Positions 29,612 through 41,014 of a DNA stretch of 64,000 bases are shown in pieces. The stretch is from Endomicrobiales bacterium. GTDB taxonomy: Bacteria > Elusimicrobiota > Endomicrobiia > Endomicrobiales > CAWCFT01. Position numbers and translations under genes: made by a program. The number at the start of each line of letters is the position of its first letter. Within the stretch, counting starts at the first letter, position 1. The stretch spans positions 1-64,000 of the forward strand of contig CAWCFT010000013.1 of the NCBI GenBank assembly GCA_963794945.1, written 5' to 3'. The notes beneath the pieces are model-generated. The model searched no databases. It saw only the letters and a list, made by a program, of their open reading frames with translations, and was not told the DNA's origin.

Positions 29612-30520
29612 ATGCATGATTTGATAATAGTCGGGGCGGGGCCCGCGGGTATCACAGCGAGCATCTACGCGTCAAGGAAGGGGATGGATGTCCTTTTGAT
29701 TTGCGGCGATCTCGGCGGCCAGCCGAACTGGATAGCATCGATCGAGAACTATACCGGATTCCAGCTTATAAAAGGCGCCGACCTGGCGGACAAGTTCAGG
29801 GAGCATTTGAAACAGTTTGAAGTGGAAGTGATAAGCGGTGAGAGGGTTCTCTCTGCGGAGAAACAAGAGAGTTCGGCCAAGGTCAAAACGAACAAAGGCG
29901 AGTACGAATCAAAAGCGCTCATAATCGCCACCGGAGGCAGGCACAGAAAGCTCGAAGTCGCCGGTGAAGACGAGTACCTGGGAAAAGGGGTGGCCTACTG
30001 CGCCACGTGCGACGCCGCTCTTTTTAAAGATGCTGTCGTAGCTGTCGCCGGTGGTGGGAACGCGGCGCTGGACGCGTGTCTTCAGCTCGAAAAGATAGCG
30101 AAAAAGATTTATCTCATCAATGGTTCAGGCAGTTTTTTAGCGGACAAGATGCTTGTGGAAACAGTCCTCTCAAGCCCAAAAGTAAAAGTCTTCCTCGGCG
30201 ATAAGATAATAGAGATCATGGGCGATAAATTCGTTAACACCATAAGGATTGAACAGAATGGCAAGATCGAAGAGCTGGAAGTGGACGGCGTGTTCATAGA
30301 GATCGGGTCGATTCCATCGGCCGATTTCATAAAGAGCGTCGACAAAAATAAGTCCGGCGAAATAATCGTGAACTGCCGCTGCGAGACAAGCATTCCGGGG
30401 GTATTCGCGGCCGGTGATGTAACGGATGTCTCGGCAAAACAAATAATAGTGGCGTGCGGGGAAGGCGCGAAGGCCTCTTTCGGCATTCAATTATATTTCC
30501 AGAAACTAAAAAACAAATAA
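29612..30520 (+). CDS. trxB: Thioredoxin-disulfide reductase-like flavoprotein
   Basis: GAGPAG; YCATCD; GGGNAA; GVFAAGDVT. Confidence 0.88.
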   Translation: MHDLIIVGAGPAGITASIYASRKGMDVLLICGDLGGQPNWIASIENYTGFQLIKGADLADKFREHLKQFEVEVISGERVLSAEKQESSAKVKTNKGEYESKALIIATGGRHRKLEVAGEDEYLGKGVAYCATCDAALFKDAVVAVAGGGNAALDACLQLEKIAKKIYLINGSGSFLADKMLVETVLSSPKVKVFLGDKIIEIMGDKFVNTIRIEQNGKIEELEVDGVFIEIGSIPSADFIKSVDKNKSGEIIVNCRCETSIPGVFAAGDVTDVSAKQIIVACGEGAKASFGIQLYFQKLKNK

Positions 30521-30530
30521 GGAGCGTAAA

Positions 30531-31105
30531 ATGAAAAGCATCAAGGGCACAAAGACCGAAAAGAACCTGCTCGCTTCGTTCGCAGGGGAATCCCAGGCCA
30601 GGAACCGGTATACGTATTTTGCATCTGTAGCCAAGAAAGAGGGTTACGAGCAGATGTCCTGGATATTCACCGACACCGCCGATAACGAAAAAGAACATGC
30701 CAAGAGGTTTTTTAAGTTCCTTGAAGGCGGAATGGTAGAGATAACGTCTTCGTACCCTGCCGGCAAGATAGCCACTACCCTTGAAAACCTTATAGCTCCG
30801 CCGCTGGGGAGAACGAAGAACATACGAAGCTTTATCCCGGAGCAGCCGACGTGGCTGAGGAGGAAGGCTTTCCGGAGATAGCAAAAACATACAGGGAGAT
30901 AGCTCACGTTGAGGTCGGGCACGAAAAAAGATACCTGACACTCGCAGCTAACATAAAGAACGGAAAAGTGTTCAAGAAAGATAAGACCGTGAAATGGAGA
31001 TGCAGGAACTGCGGCTATATTCACGAAGGTCCGGCTGCTCCTGAACAGTGCCCCGCGTGCCTGCATCCGACGGCATATTACGAACTGCTTTGCGAGAACT
31101 ATTAA
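30531..31105 (+). CDS. rbr: Rubrerythrin; apparent frameshift near 30797
   Basis: [32 protein letters not shown]...CPAC. Confidence 0.92.
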
Positions 31106-31124
31106 CATTAAGGGCGATCTGAAC

Positions 31125-32828
31125 ATGCAAAGAAATTTTAGAGACGATATATCTATTGTTATCTGCGGCGAGGCCGGCCAGGGCGTCCAAACCATAGAAA
31201 AGCTTCTGATAGGCGCTTTCAAAAGAGCCAGCATGAACGTGTTCGCGACTAAGGAATATATGTCGCGGGTCCGTGGAGGAAGCAACTCAACTGAGATAAG
31301 GATTTCTTCGGAAAAAAAGCGGAGTTACCTTAAGAGGATAGACCTTCTCGTGGCGCTCGACAAGGATTCTCTGTCTCATCTTGCAGGAAGGGTCACTGGC
31401 GAAACGATCGTTATTGGAGAGAAAGAAAAGCTGCAAGCTGCTGCGGAGATAATCGATGTGCCTTTTTCAAGAATAGCCGCAGAAGAAGGTAGCGGTATTT
31501 TCGCGAATACAGCAGCGGCCGGATTTGTTTTGAGTCTTTTTAAGATCGATAAATCCATCTTGTTCGAATATCTAAAATCGTTGTTTTTGTCGAAGGGTGC
31601 TGATATCGTGCAAAAAAATATATCAGCGGCCGAAAAAGGCTATGTTTTTGGCGCAGCTTTTGTAAGCGAAGGCCGCATAAATATAAGTGTCAAAGAAGAT
31701 TCGACCGTTAAAAACGATATTATCCTTGATGGAGCCGAATCTGTAGCGCTGGGCGCGGCGGCCGGCGGTTGCGATTTTGTGTTTGCCTACCCGATGACAC
31801 CTTCTACAGGGATACTTACCTTCCTATCAAAACACGCGGACAAGCTAGGCATTATAACCGAGCAAGCTGAGGACGAAATATCTGCGGTCAATATGGCGTT
31901 AGGCGCGTGGTACGCGGGTTCCAGAGGGTTTGTGGTGACTGCCGGGGGCGGATTCGCGCTTATGGCTGAGGCTTTGAGTTTATCTGGCATGATAGAAAGC
32001 CCGCTGGTCATAAGCCTTGGGCAAAGGCCGGCGCCGGCTACCGGTCTTCCTACGAGGACGGAGCAAGGCGACCTGGAACAGGCCCTTTATTCCGGCCACG
32101 GCGAGTTCCCGAGAATAATATTTTCGCCTGGAACGGTTGAGGAGGCCTTCTACATAACCCAGAAGGCTTTCAACCTTGCCGACAAATACCAGGTGCCTGT
32201 AATAATCCTAAGCGATCAGTATCTTGCCGACTGTTATTACAATCTTCCAGCGGTCAACCCCGCGTCCGTGCCGGTGGATAAATATATTACAAAAACCGGC
32301 AATGGATATAAAAGATACAGCTTCAGCGTAAACAATGATGGAGTATCGCCAAGAGGCATTCCGGGCAACGGCGAAGGGCTCGTTTGTGTTGATTCTGATG
32401 AGCACGACGAAGAAGGGCACATAACCGAATCATCCGAAATAAGAAAGAAAATGGTGGATAAAAGGCTGGGGAAGCTGGAATTCCTTAAAAGAGGCGTAAT
32501 GCCTCCGGAGTTTTACGGGCCGGCCCAATACGAAACGCTCATCATTGGATGGGGGTCAACGTTCGGGGCTATAAAGGAAGCCCTGGATGTAAGCGGCATA
32601 AAAAATACATCCTATCTGCACTTCAAACAGGTTTATCCTCTGCATCCTTTTACCGAAGAATATATTAAAAAAGCTAAGAGAACAGTTATAATAGAGAATA
32701 ACGCTACGTCTCAGTTTGGAAAGATCATTAAACTGTATACCGGACACGAAATGCAGCACAAGATACTCAAGTACGACGGCATGCCGTTCAGCGTTGAAGA
32801 ACTGACGGAAGAATTTAGAAAGCTGTAG
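31125..32828 (+). CDS. 2-oxoacid:acceptor oxidoreductase alpha subunit
   Basis: [37 protein letters not shown]. Confidence 0.93.
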   Translation: MQRNFRDDISIVICGEAGQGVQTIEKLLIGAFKRASMNVFATKEYMSRVRGGSNSTEIRISSEKKRSYLKRIDLLVALDKDSLSHLAGRVTGETIVIGEKEKLQAAAEIIDVPFSRIAAEEGSGIFANTAAAGFVLSLFKIDKSILFEYLKSLFLSKGADIVQKNISAAEKGYVFGAAFVSEGRINISVKEDSTVKNDIILDGAESVALGAAAGGCDFVFAYPMTPSTGILTFLSKHADKLGIITEQAEDEISAVNMALGAWYAGSRGFVVTAGGGFALMAEALSLSGMIESPLVISLGQRPAPATGLPTRTEQGDLEQALYSGHGEFPRIIFSPGTVEEAFYITQKAFNLADKYQVPVIILSDQYLADCYYNLPAVNPASVPVDKYITKTGNGYKRYSFSVNNDGVSPRGIPGNGEGLVCVDSDEHDEEGHITESSEIRKKMVDKRLGKLEFLKRGVMPPEFYGPAQYETLIIGWGSTFGAIKEALDVSGIKNTSYLHFKQVYPLHPFTEEYIKKAKRTVIIENNATSQFGKIIKLYTGHEMQHKILKYDGMPFSVEELTEEFRKL

Positions 32829-32842
32829 ACATTGAGGAAAAT

Positions 32843-33715
32843 ATGACTGAAAAAACTAGCAATATTTTTGATATGGGGCAAATAGACATAGCCTGGTGTC
32901 CGGGGTGCGGGAATTTTGGCATTTTAAACACTGTAAAAGAAGCGCTTATCGAGCTTGAAATAAAACCCGAAAACCTGATCATGGTATCGGGAATAGGCCA
33001 GGCAGCGAAGTCTCCGCACTACATAAAGACTAACTTTTTTAACGGGCTGCACGGAAGGGCCTTGCCTCCAGCGACAGCGATCAAAGCTGTTAATCCTGGC
33101 ATGACGGTCATAGTTGAAAGCGGTGACGGGGATATCTACGGCGAGGGCGGGAACCATTTTATTCACGCGATCCGCAGGAATCCTGACCTGACGGTACTCG
33201 TTCACGACAACATGGTCTATGGGCTTACGAAAGGCCAGGCGTCGCCAACGAGCCAGATGGGGTTTAAAACACCCATACAGGTCAGCGGTGTTTTTGAGGA
33301 ATCCTTTAATCCGCTCGCGGTGGCTATATCGCTGGATGCTTCGTTCGTTGCCAGGGCTTTCATCGGCGACGTGGAAAAAACCAAAGAGATAATTAAAAAA
33401 GCGATCACTCATAAAGGGTTTTCGCTGGTGGACATACTCCAGCCATGCGTCACATTCAATAAGGTGAACACCTTCCAGTGGTTCAAGTCGAACACGTATT
33501 ACCTAGAAGATTCGTACACGCCTTTTGACAGGCAGGCGGCTTTTAATAGAGCAACAGAAACCAGCAAATACCCGCTAGGCATTTTTTACATAAAGGATAA
33601 GAAAACCTTCGAAGATAATCTGGGCATTTATAAAGAAAGAAGGGATCCTCTCTGGCGGCGCGATGCCGGCGGCACTGCAGCTAAGATATCGGCAATACTT
33701 GAGGGCCTGAAATAG
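32843..33715 (+). CDS. 2-oxoacid:ferredoxin oxidoreductase beta subunit (TPP-binding)
   Basis: [19 protein letters not shown]...[15 protein letters not shown]. Confidence 0.93.
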   Translation: MTEKTSNIFDMGQIDIAWCPGCGNFGILNTVKEALIELEIKPENLIMVSGIGQAAKSPHYIKTNFFNGLHGRALPPATAIKAVNPGMTVIVESGDGDIYGEGGNHFIHAIRRNPDLTVLVHDNMVYGLTKGQASPTSQMGFKTPIQVSGVFEESFNPLAVAISLDASFVARAFIGDVEKTKEIIKKAITHKGFSLVDILQPCVTFNKVNTFQWFKSNTYYLEDSYTPFDRQAAFNRATETSKYPLGIFYIKDKKTFEDNLGIYKERRDPLWRRDAGGTAAKISAILEGLK

Positions 33716-33728
33716 GAAGATCGATACA

Positions 33729-34202
33729 ATGAAAGAAAAAATGACGATAATATTTTTCAGCGGGAGCCTTGATAAGGCTATGGCGATGCTTATACTGGCT
33801 TCTACTGCGGCATCCATGGGCATGGAAGTAAGCGTATTCTTTACCTTCTGGGGGCTTAATTTTTTGAAGAAGAGAAAAAGATTTTCTGGAAAAAACATTC
33901 TGCAGAAAATGATGGAATTCATGATGCCAAAGAACATGGGTTCTCTGCCGCTTTCCGACCTGAACATGCTTGGGGCCGGGGCAAACATGATGAAGATGCT
34001 GATGTCCAAAAAAAAGATGCCGCCTCTTGAAGATCTTTTTGTTATGGCTAAAGAAATGAAAGTCAAGTTCTACGCTTGTTCTACTTCCTGTGGAATAATG
34101 GGGCTAGACAATGACAATATGATTGACGGAGTTGAAGATGTGGTGGGTGCTACTTCATTTCTCGGAATGGCCAAAGATTCCAAAATAAACCTGTTCATTT
34201 GA
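33729..34202 (+). CDS. DsrE/DsrF/DrsH-like (DsrE2) protein
   Basis: FSGSLDKA; FFTFWGL; YACSTS; C-terminal LFI. Confidence 0.88.
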   Translation: MKEKMTIIFFSGSLDKAMAMLILASTAASMGMEVSVFFTFWGLNFLKKRKRFSGKNILQKMMEFMMPKNMGSLPLSDLNMLGAGANMMKMLMSKKKMPPLEDLFVMAKEMKVKFYACSTSCGIMGLDNDNMIDGVEDVVGATSFLGMAKDSKINLFI

Positions 34203-34584
34203 TTGTTTTTTAGTTAAAAAAAGCCTATTATAGCGTCAAATTTACATGATCTTTCTCTATAGAAATACTCGAGATTAGTCATAAACGTTATTCACAGTGC
34301 CTATTTTATTATACACAATGGCATAATGATTGAAAATACAGTGTGTTCTTTATATTATATGTAATTGGTCAAAACTGTTATTAGACGGTATTTTGAATGA
34401 TATTTCAACATTGCTTAAAGGATAACTTTCGAAAAAATATTGCCACACTGTAAAAAACAATATTAATAGCTGTAAAATGTGCCGCTAATAATATATTTTT
34501 GATGAAAAAATAACTTTTTTATTTTTAATTTTGTATAATGTGCTCAAAATATATCGAACAAAGTTTAAAAGCGAGTTATAACAA

Positions 34585-35589
34585 ATGATAAGAGTTCTAG
34601 TTATTGATGATTCGTTCTTCGTCAGAAAAGTCTTGGGTAAGGTGCTTTTCAGCGACGGCGAGATTGAAGTAGTGGGTGAAGCATCGAACGGCGCCGAGGG
34701 CATACAAAAGCTCATCGAGCTCAACCCCGACGTTGTGTGTCTTGACATCGTTATGCCTTATGAAGACGGATCTATGGTGCTCGAGAAAATATTCAACTAT
34801 CATCCCACCCCGGTTGTAGTAGTAAGCTCTGTTTCGACCCCGGTATCGGAAATCTCAAAGAACCTTCTCGAGCTTGGCATGATAGAGATCATCCAGAAAC
34901 CAGACTCACCCGAAAACCTTTCATTCATTCAGCAGGAGCTTATAAGAAAAATAAAATCGGCAGCGAAACTCAAAAAAGAAGTCATAAGCGAGGCGTACCA
35001 CTCAGCCCGGAGATCCCCGAAGAGCGATGCGGCGAGCAAGATACTTGTTATCGGATGCCCTGTCAGCAGGCCTGTCCAGCTTGAGGAATTTCTTTCCGCG
35101 CTGCCAAAATTTATGGTTGCAGGAATAGTTGTAAGGCTTTTTATGTATACCCAGCTTATGGACCACTGGGTAGACAGAATTAAGAAATCTACTATGCTTT
35201 CAGGGAAGATCGCTGAGGATGGGGACATGATAATCCAGGGAAGGATACTCTTTTCACCCAACGACAAGGCGATAGAAATAAAACAGTTAACTAATGGCGG
35301 TGTTGTCTGCCTGGTAAATTCAGATAAAATGCAGAAGGATTATATAGATACGATGTTTGAATCTGCCTCTGTGGCTTTTAAAGAAAATACGATCGCTGTC
35401 TTGCTTTCGGAGATGGCGCTTGACGGCATGGAAGGACTAAAGGCCGTGAAAGCTAGAAGGGGCAGGACTTTTGTGGAAGTTTCTTCCCATCTGCCGGGTA
35501 AGATTATAGATGATCATTTGGCCGACGCAGTTCTTACGCTGCCTGAGATAGCGGAAGAGGTTTCAAGGTTAATAGCGATAGACAGATGA
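34585..35589 (+). CDS. CheB-like response regulator with degenerate methylesterase domain
   Basis: REC domain VIDDS...LDIVMP...QKP; CheB-like C-domain lacking the canonical GASTGG and QHM motifs. Confidence 0.8.
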   Translation: MIRVLVIDDSFFVRKVLGKVLFSDGEIEVVGEASNGAEGIQKLIELNPDVVCLDIVMPYEDGSMVLEKIFNYHPTPVVVVSSVSTPVSEISKNLLELGMIEIIQKPDSPENLSFIQQELIRKIKSAAKLKKEVISEAYHSARRSPKSDAASKILVIGCPVSRPVQLEEFLSALPKFMVAGIVVRLFMYTQLMDHWVDRIKKSTMLSGKIAEDGDMIIQGRILFSPNDKAIEIKQLTNGGVVCLVNSDKMQKDYIDTMFESASVAFKENTIAVLLSEMALDGMEGLKAVKARRGRTFVEVSSHLPGKIIDDHLADAVLTLPEIAEEVSRLIAIDR

Positions 35590-36064
35590 AGAATTTCATT
35601 GTAAGGTGGTTGGTCAACACCGCAGGTATTATTATAGTAGCAAAGATAGTGCCGGGTATAGAAATAGCGCATTACAAAACTGCAGTTGTGGCGGCCCTAA
35701 TATTGGGCCTGCTCAATTCTTTCATCAAACCCCTGATACTGGTAATAACGCTTCCTATCAACATTCTCTCACTAGGTATTTTTACGTTGTTCATCAATAC
35801 GCTCATGTTTTATGCTTCGGCAAGATTCGTCGAAGGTTTCAATATAGCCGGTTTCTGGAGCGCGTTCGCCGGGGCTCTCTGTCTTAGCGTGATCAGCTTC
35901 TTGCTGAACAATTTCAAGGGCTATGGGATAAAGGTTGATATAAGAACCGGACACCAGAAGCACGGCACACAAACCCGGCATACAGCGACGCGATCGATGC
36001 CGAAGTTGTAAAGCCAATGGATGAAGCAAAAGAAGACGATAAAGACAAGAAACTGCTCTCGTAA
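35586..36064 (+). CDS. 4-TM phage-holin-family (YvlD-like) membrane protein; apparent frameshift near 35985
   Basis: LGLLNSFIKPLILVITLPINILSLGIF; the shifted tail reads DAIDAEVV. Confidence 0.8.
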
Positions 36065-36125
36065 ACCGCCTGCCGTTAATTCCCAATACTATTAAAATGA
36101 AATATCATACCGTTGAGCACAAAAT

Positions 36126-36154
36126 AAAAACACCCCTGGTTACGGGGTGTTTTT
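36126..36154. terminator. Bidirectional intrinsic terminator between convergent genes
   Basis: aaaaacacccc-tggttac-ggggtgttttt. Confidence 0.85.
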
Positions 36155-36241
36155 AAGCAATTGTCCCTCAAACGGCTAGTTGCTCTTGAAGCAATAAATA
36201 TTTAGCATACGAACAATGGATTGTCAAGGGGATTTTGAGAG

Positions 36242-38341
36242 TCAGAACCCTGATTCTTCATCGGGTACTGGGTTTACTCCGGTGGCTGCACCGGATGTGT
36301 CGGTTGAGTAGTAGTCTTTCGGCTCGGTCCCTTTTATGAAAGCGTCGAGGTAGGCGCCGGTTGTTTTGGTTTGTGCCAGCAGGCCCGTTTTGGGGTCGAT
36401 GAGGGCAAAAACCACGCCGTCCGGCGGTTTAAAGTTAAGCACAGGTTCGCCTTTGAGTGCGCCGGCCATAAAGTTTGTCCAGATAGGGCACGCTATCCTT
36501 CCGCCTGTCATCTTGTCGCCAAGGGAGACTCTTTCATCATAACCCACCCAGAACACCCGCTACAAGCTGTGGCGTATAGCCAATGAACCAAGCGTCGGAG
36601 AAGTCATTGGTCGTTCCGGTTTTACCCGCGCAGGGGCGCCTCAGTTCTCTTCCGCGCCATCCCGGTGCCGCGTTCGACAACGCCTCTTAGTATATTTGTC
36701 ATAACAAAACACGTTCTGGGGAGATAACACTTCATGTTCAGAGGGAATATTTTCTTCCAACACTCTCCCGTTCTTGTCTTCAACACGGACTATCGCATAT
36801 GGTTCTGTTTTAATCCCGCCGGAAGCGAGCACTGACATTGCATCCACCATTTCAAGAAGCGTCACATCGCTCGCCCCGAGAGCGAGCGAGAGAGTGTTGG
36901 TTAATGAGCTGGTGATGCCCATGCGCCTTGCGTAATCAATGGCGCGCATGGGACCTATCTGATCCAAGACCTCTATTGCGCACATGTTGAGCGAATGCTC
37001 CAGCGCTGAACGCAAAAGCACCTTATTGTTATATTTCTTACCGTAATTTTCGGGTACCCAAACCTTCATGGGATCTTTGATCTCTTCCGGAGTAAGGGTC
37101 GCTAGAAAATCCGTGGTGCGAGCAGCAAGCCTCCAGTCGCGCCCGTCGTTAACGTATATCCGCGGGTTGTCATCAAGGACCGAGGCTGGCGTAAAACCGT
37201 TCTCTATAGCCGCCGTATATATGAATGGCTTGAAGCTCGATCCGGGCTGGCGTTTTGCCTGGTATGCACGGTTGAACTGCGATTCCCTGAAATCCCTGCC
37301 GCCCACAAGCGCCCTAATGCCGCCCGATTTCGGGTCTAGCGCCACCAGCGCCCCCTGAACTTTCATCGGCGTGGAATTGTGGAGCTCAAAATACGACATG
37401 CGTTCCGAATCGAAAGAAACAAGCCCCTCGCCCATCGCCTTTTCGGCCGCGGCTTGAGCCTGAAGGTCGAGCGTTGTGTAAATAGACATGCCGCCGCGGT
37501 AGATCATCTGGTTGCCGTATTTTGGTTCGAGCTGGAGGCGTATATATTCAATGAAATATGGGGCGATAGCCGTGGGTATAGATACCTTCTCGCTGTTTAT
37601 CGGATATAGATTGGCTTGCTTTTCTTCCTCTTCAGTTATGTATTTTAGTTCTCTCATCCGCCTCAAGACGGTCGCTCTTCTTGTCAGGGCGCGGGCCGGG
37701 TTATTGAAAGGGGAGTAGTAGTTAGGCGCGCGGGGCAGGCCGCCCAGCAGGGCGCACTCCGGAAGATTTCAGGTCTTTTGCATGTTTAGAAAAATATATC
37801 CTTGCCGCGCTCTCGACTCCGTAAGCGCCGGCGCCAAAATAGATCTGGTTAAGGTAAAGCTGGAAGATCTCTTCTTTGGAATAATTCCTTTCAAGCTCAA
37901 CTGTGAGGAGCAGTTCTTTGACCTTCCTGGTTAGGTTCCTGTCAGGAGTAAGGAAAATAGTTTTTGCGAGCTGCTGTGTTATGGTAGATCCGCCCTGGGC
38001 GACCCTGCGTTTTATGACATTATTTAAAGCGGCGCGGGCGATGCCTTTCGGAGACACTCCCCAATGCTTGAAGAAATCGTTATCTTCTATGGATATCACT
38101 GCGTTTTGTAGGTCAACGGGTATTTCTTTTAGAGGTGTGAGCGTGCGGCGCTCAGTGAAGAGTTCAGTGACCAGGTTGCCTTTACAATCGAAAATCTTTG
38201 TGACAAGGCTCGGCGTGTAGTCCTCAAGGGTCGATATTGAAGGAAGGCTGGTAAACAGTGCCCTTAGATAAGCTGAACAGGCCGCGCGGATAAGAACACT
38301 GCGAACACCGCGAATATAAATATTTTCTTTTTAGATAGCAT
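36242..38341 (-). CDS. Penicillin-binding protein 1A (transglycosylase/transpeptidase), broken by several apparent frameshifts
   Basis: [53 protein letters not shown] read on the minus strand at about 36605-36630; WVGYD. Confidence 0.9.
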
Positions 38342-38483
38342 TTTCAATCAATATTATAACTGAAAATCACGTATATGTCAAAACCTTGTATTTTTGAGGT
38401 TCGAGAGACTCCAAAACTTCCTTGATTTTTGTAGTAAGATTTGTTAAGATTATTAACACTATTTCAACCACGCGAGGTATAAT

Positions 38484-40981
38484 ATGCAAGCTGTTATTAT
38501 GGCAGGAGGATTCGGTACCCGTCTTCGCCCGCTTACCTGCAACCTGCCAAAACCCATGGCTCCCATGGCGAACCGTCCAATGCTCTCCCACATTATAGAC
38601 CTTTTAAAAGTTTACGGATTTACCGATCTTACAATGATGTTGTATTACCAGCCGGAAGTTATCTCCGGATATTTTGGCGACGGGGCTAAATCGGGGGTCA
38701 AGATCCGTTACCTTAAGCCAGAGTCCGACGTTGGAACTGCGGGTTCTGTCAAATTTTCCGAGAAACATCTTGCAGATACTTTTGTCGTGATCTCTGGGGA
38801 CGTCCTTACGGATTTTGACCTTAAAAAAGCGGTCGAGTTCCACAATAAGAAAAAAGCCCTCGCCACGATAGTCCTTACGCGCGTTGCCAACCCTCTCCAG
38901 TATGGTGTGGTAATTACCGATGAGCACGGACGCATTGAGAGGTTCCTCGAAAAACCTTCGTGGGGAGAAGTTTTCTCCGACACGATCAACACCGGCATCT
39001 ATATACTTGACCCGGCAGTTCTTGAATTGATACCTTCAGATAAATCTTTTGATTTTTCAAAAGACCTTTTTCCGCTGATGCTTGAAGGCAACAAGGCCCT
39101 TTACGGCTACGTAGCCGAGGGCTATTGGAAGGACGTAGGCAATCACGACGAGTACCGCCTTGCCCATTACGATATACTTGACGGCAAGATCAACATCAAC
39201 ATTGACGGCAAAAAGGTCAAGGTTGGCGGCTGAGAGATAACAGTTGGAGAAGGAACTGTTATAGAGGACGGGGTTGAGGTTGACGGGCAGGTCATCATAG
39301 GTAAGAACTGCACCATTGAGAAAGGTACAAAGCTCAGCCGCTCGGTTATTGGCTCGAACGTCAAGGTGCGTTCCAGGGCACAGGTCTTCGGCTCGATCAT
39401 ATGGGACCACGCAGAGCTTGGTAACGAAGTGAGGCTCAAGGAAGCGGTTATTGGCGCGAAAACGAAGATCGGAGACAGAGCGGTTGTGCAGGTAGGGACT
39501 ATAATCTCAGATGGTTGCAACATAGGCGAAGAAGCGATAATAAGGACTAACTTAAGGATATGGCCGCACAAGACAGTCGAAGAAGGCGCTATACTTTCCA
39601 CAAGCCTCGTCTGGGGCGAGAAATGGAACAGAGCGTTGTTTTCAGCTTACGGCATTACTGGGCTAGGCAACATCGAGATAACCCCAGAGTTCGCTGCAAA
39701 GATAGGTTCCGCTTACGGCGCATATATCGGTAAGGGCGCCTACGTAATAACTTCACGTGACGCCCACAGGGGCTCGCGCATGATCAAGAGGACTATGATA
39801 TCAGGGCTTTTGTCCGCTGGCGTACGGGTGGGAGACCTGCGCACGGCGCCAATACCGGTCGTGAGGTACGAACTGGGCAAAGAGGGGGAAGCGGGCGGCA
39901 TCCACGTCAGGCAATCACCTTTCAACGGCCGCCTTATAGATATCAAATTCTTTGACTCTACCGGCAGTGATATTTCCATCCAGCAAGAGAAAGCGATAGA
40001 ACAGCTATTTTTCCGTGAGGATTTCAAAAGGGCCAGTCTTGAAGAGGTTGGGGAGATAACCGTTCCTCCAAGAGCGCATGAATATTATAAGGGCGGGTTC
40101 TTAAAGACCGTAGACCGCAAAGCCGTGAGCACGGCTAATTTCAAGATAGTGCTTGACTATGCCTATTCATCGGCATCAATGATATTCCCTGCAATACTGG
40201 GAGAGCTTGGCATCGATGTCGTAACGCTCAACGCTTTTATTAACCCAAACAAAATAACTAAAACGGAGTCCGAGTTTAAGCACTCGCTAAACCAGCTCTC
40301 CGACATAGTTACGACACTTAAGGCTGACGCGGGCTTCCTTATAGATACCGGTGCTGAAAAGGTCTTCCTTGTTGATGAACGCGGCAGGATACTGCCCGAT
40401 GACCTAGCGCTCGTTCTTGTGTCCGACCTCGTAATGCGAAACTATAAAAAAGGGACCATAGCCGTTCCTGTACATGTCTCAAGCATAGTTGAGAAGCTCG
40501 CCAGCCGTTATGACATTAAAGTAAAACGCACTGCGACAAGCACCCGACAGATAAGCGCGCTGCAAAAGAAAAAGACGTGATATTCATAGCTGACTGCTCG
40601 GGTGGGTTCATATTCCCCGAGTTCCAGCCGGCGTTCGACGCGATGTACGCGATAAGCAAGATACTGGAAATGATGGCCAAAGAAAAAGTGCACCTCAATC
40701 GTATAAGCCGAGAGATACCTCCTTTCGAGGTGCTTCACAAAAAGATACCCTGCTCATGGGACAAGAAAGGCCAGGCCATGCGCTACGCCATCGAAGAGGC
40801 GAAGGGAAAAAGGTCCGAACTTATTGACGGAGTCAGGATATTCTTTAAGAATAGCTGGGTGCTTCTCCTTCCAGACGCGGATGAGGCGTACTTTCACATT
40901 TGGGCCGAATCCGATGACGAGAAGACCGCCAAGGAGCTTATGAGAGAATATTCTGAAAAAGTTAGAAAGTGGCAGGAATAA
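38484..40981 (+). CDS. Mannose-1-phosphate guanylyltransferase/phosphomannomutase-like fusion; in-frame TGA at 39231 and frameshift near 40570
   Basis: AGGFGTRLRPLT...PKP; EKP; hexapeptide repeats; PGM/PMM-like C-terminal half; 38484 and 39366 are in the same frame. Confidence 0.88.
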
Positions 40982-41014
40982 CCAACGATCTGTAATCTGT
41001 AATTGGAGTTTACA

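Noticed and set aside
35586..36064. Holin-family gene as evidence of a prophage
   Set aside because: This 4-TM family is common in chromosomes and there are no phage genes nearby.
39231..39233. Genome-wide TGA reassignment
   Set aside because: TGA terminates many genes at their expected ends, for example in the ATGA overlaps at 8323, 11181 and 14945.
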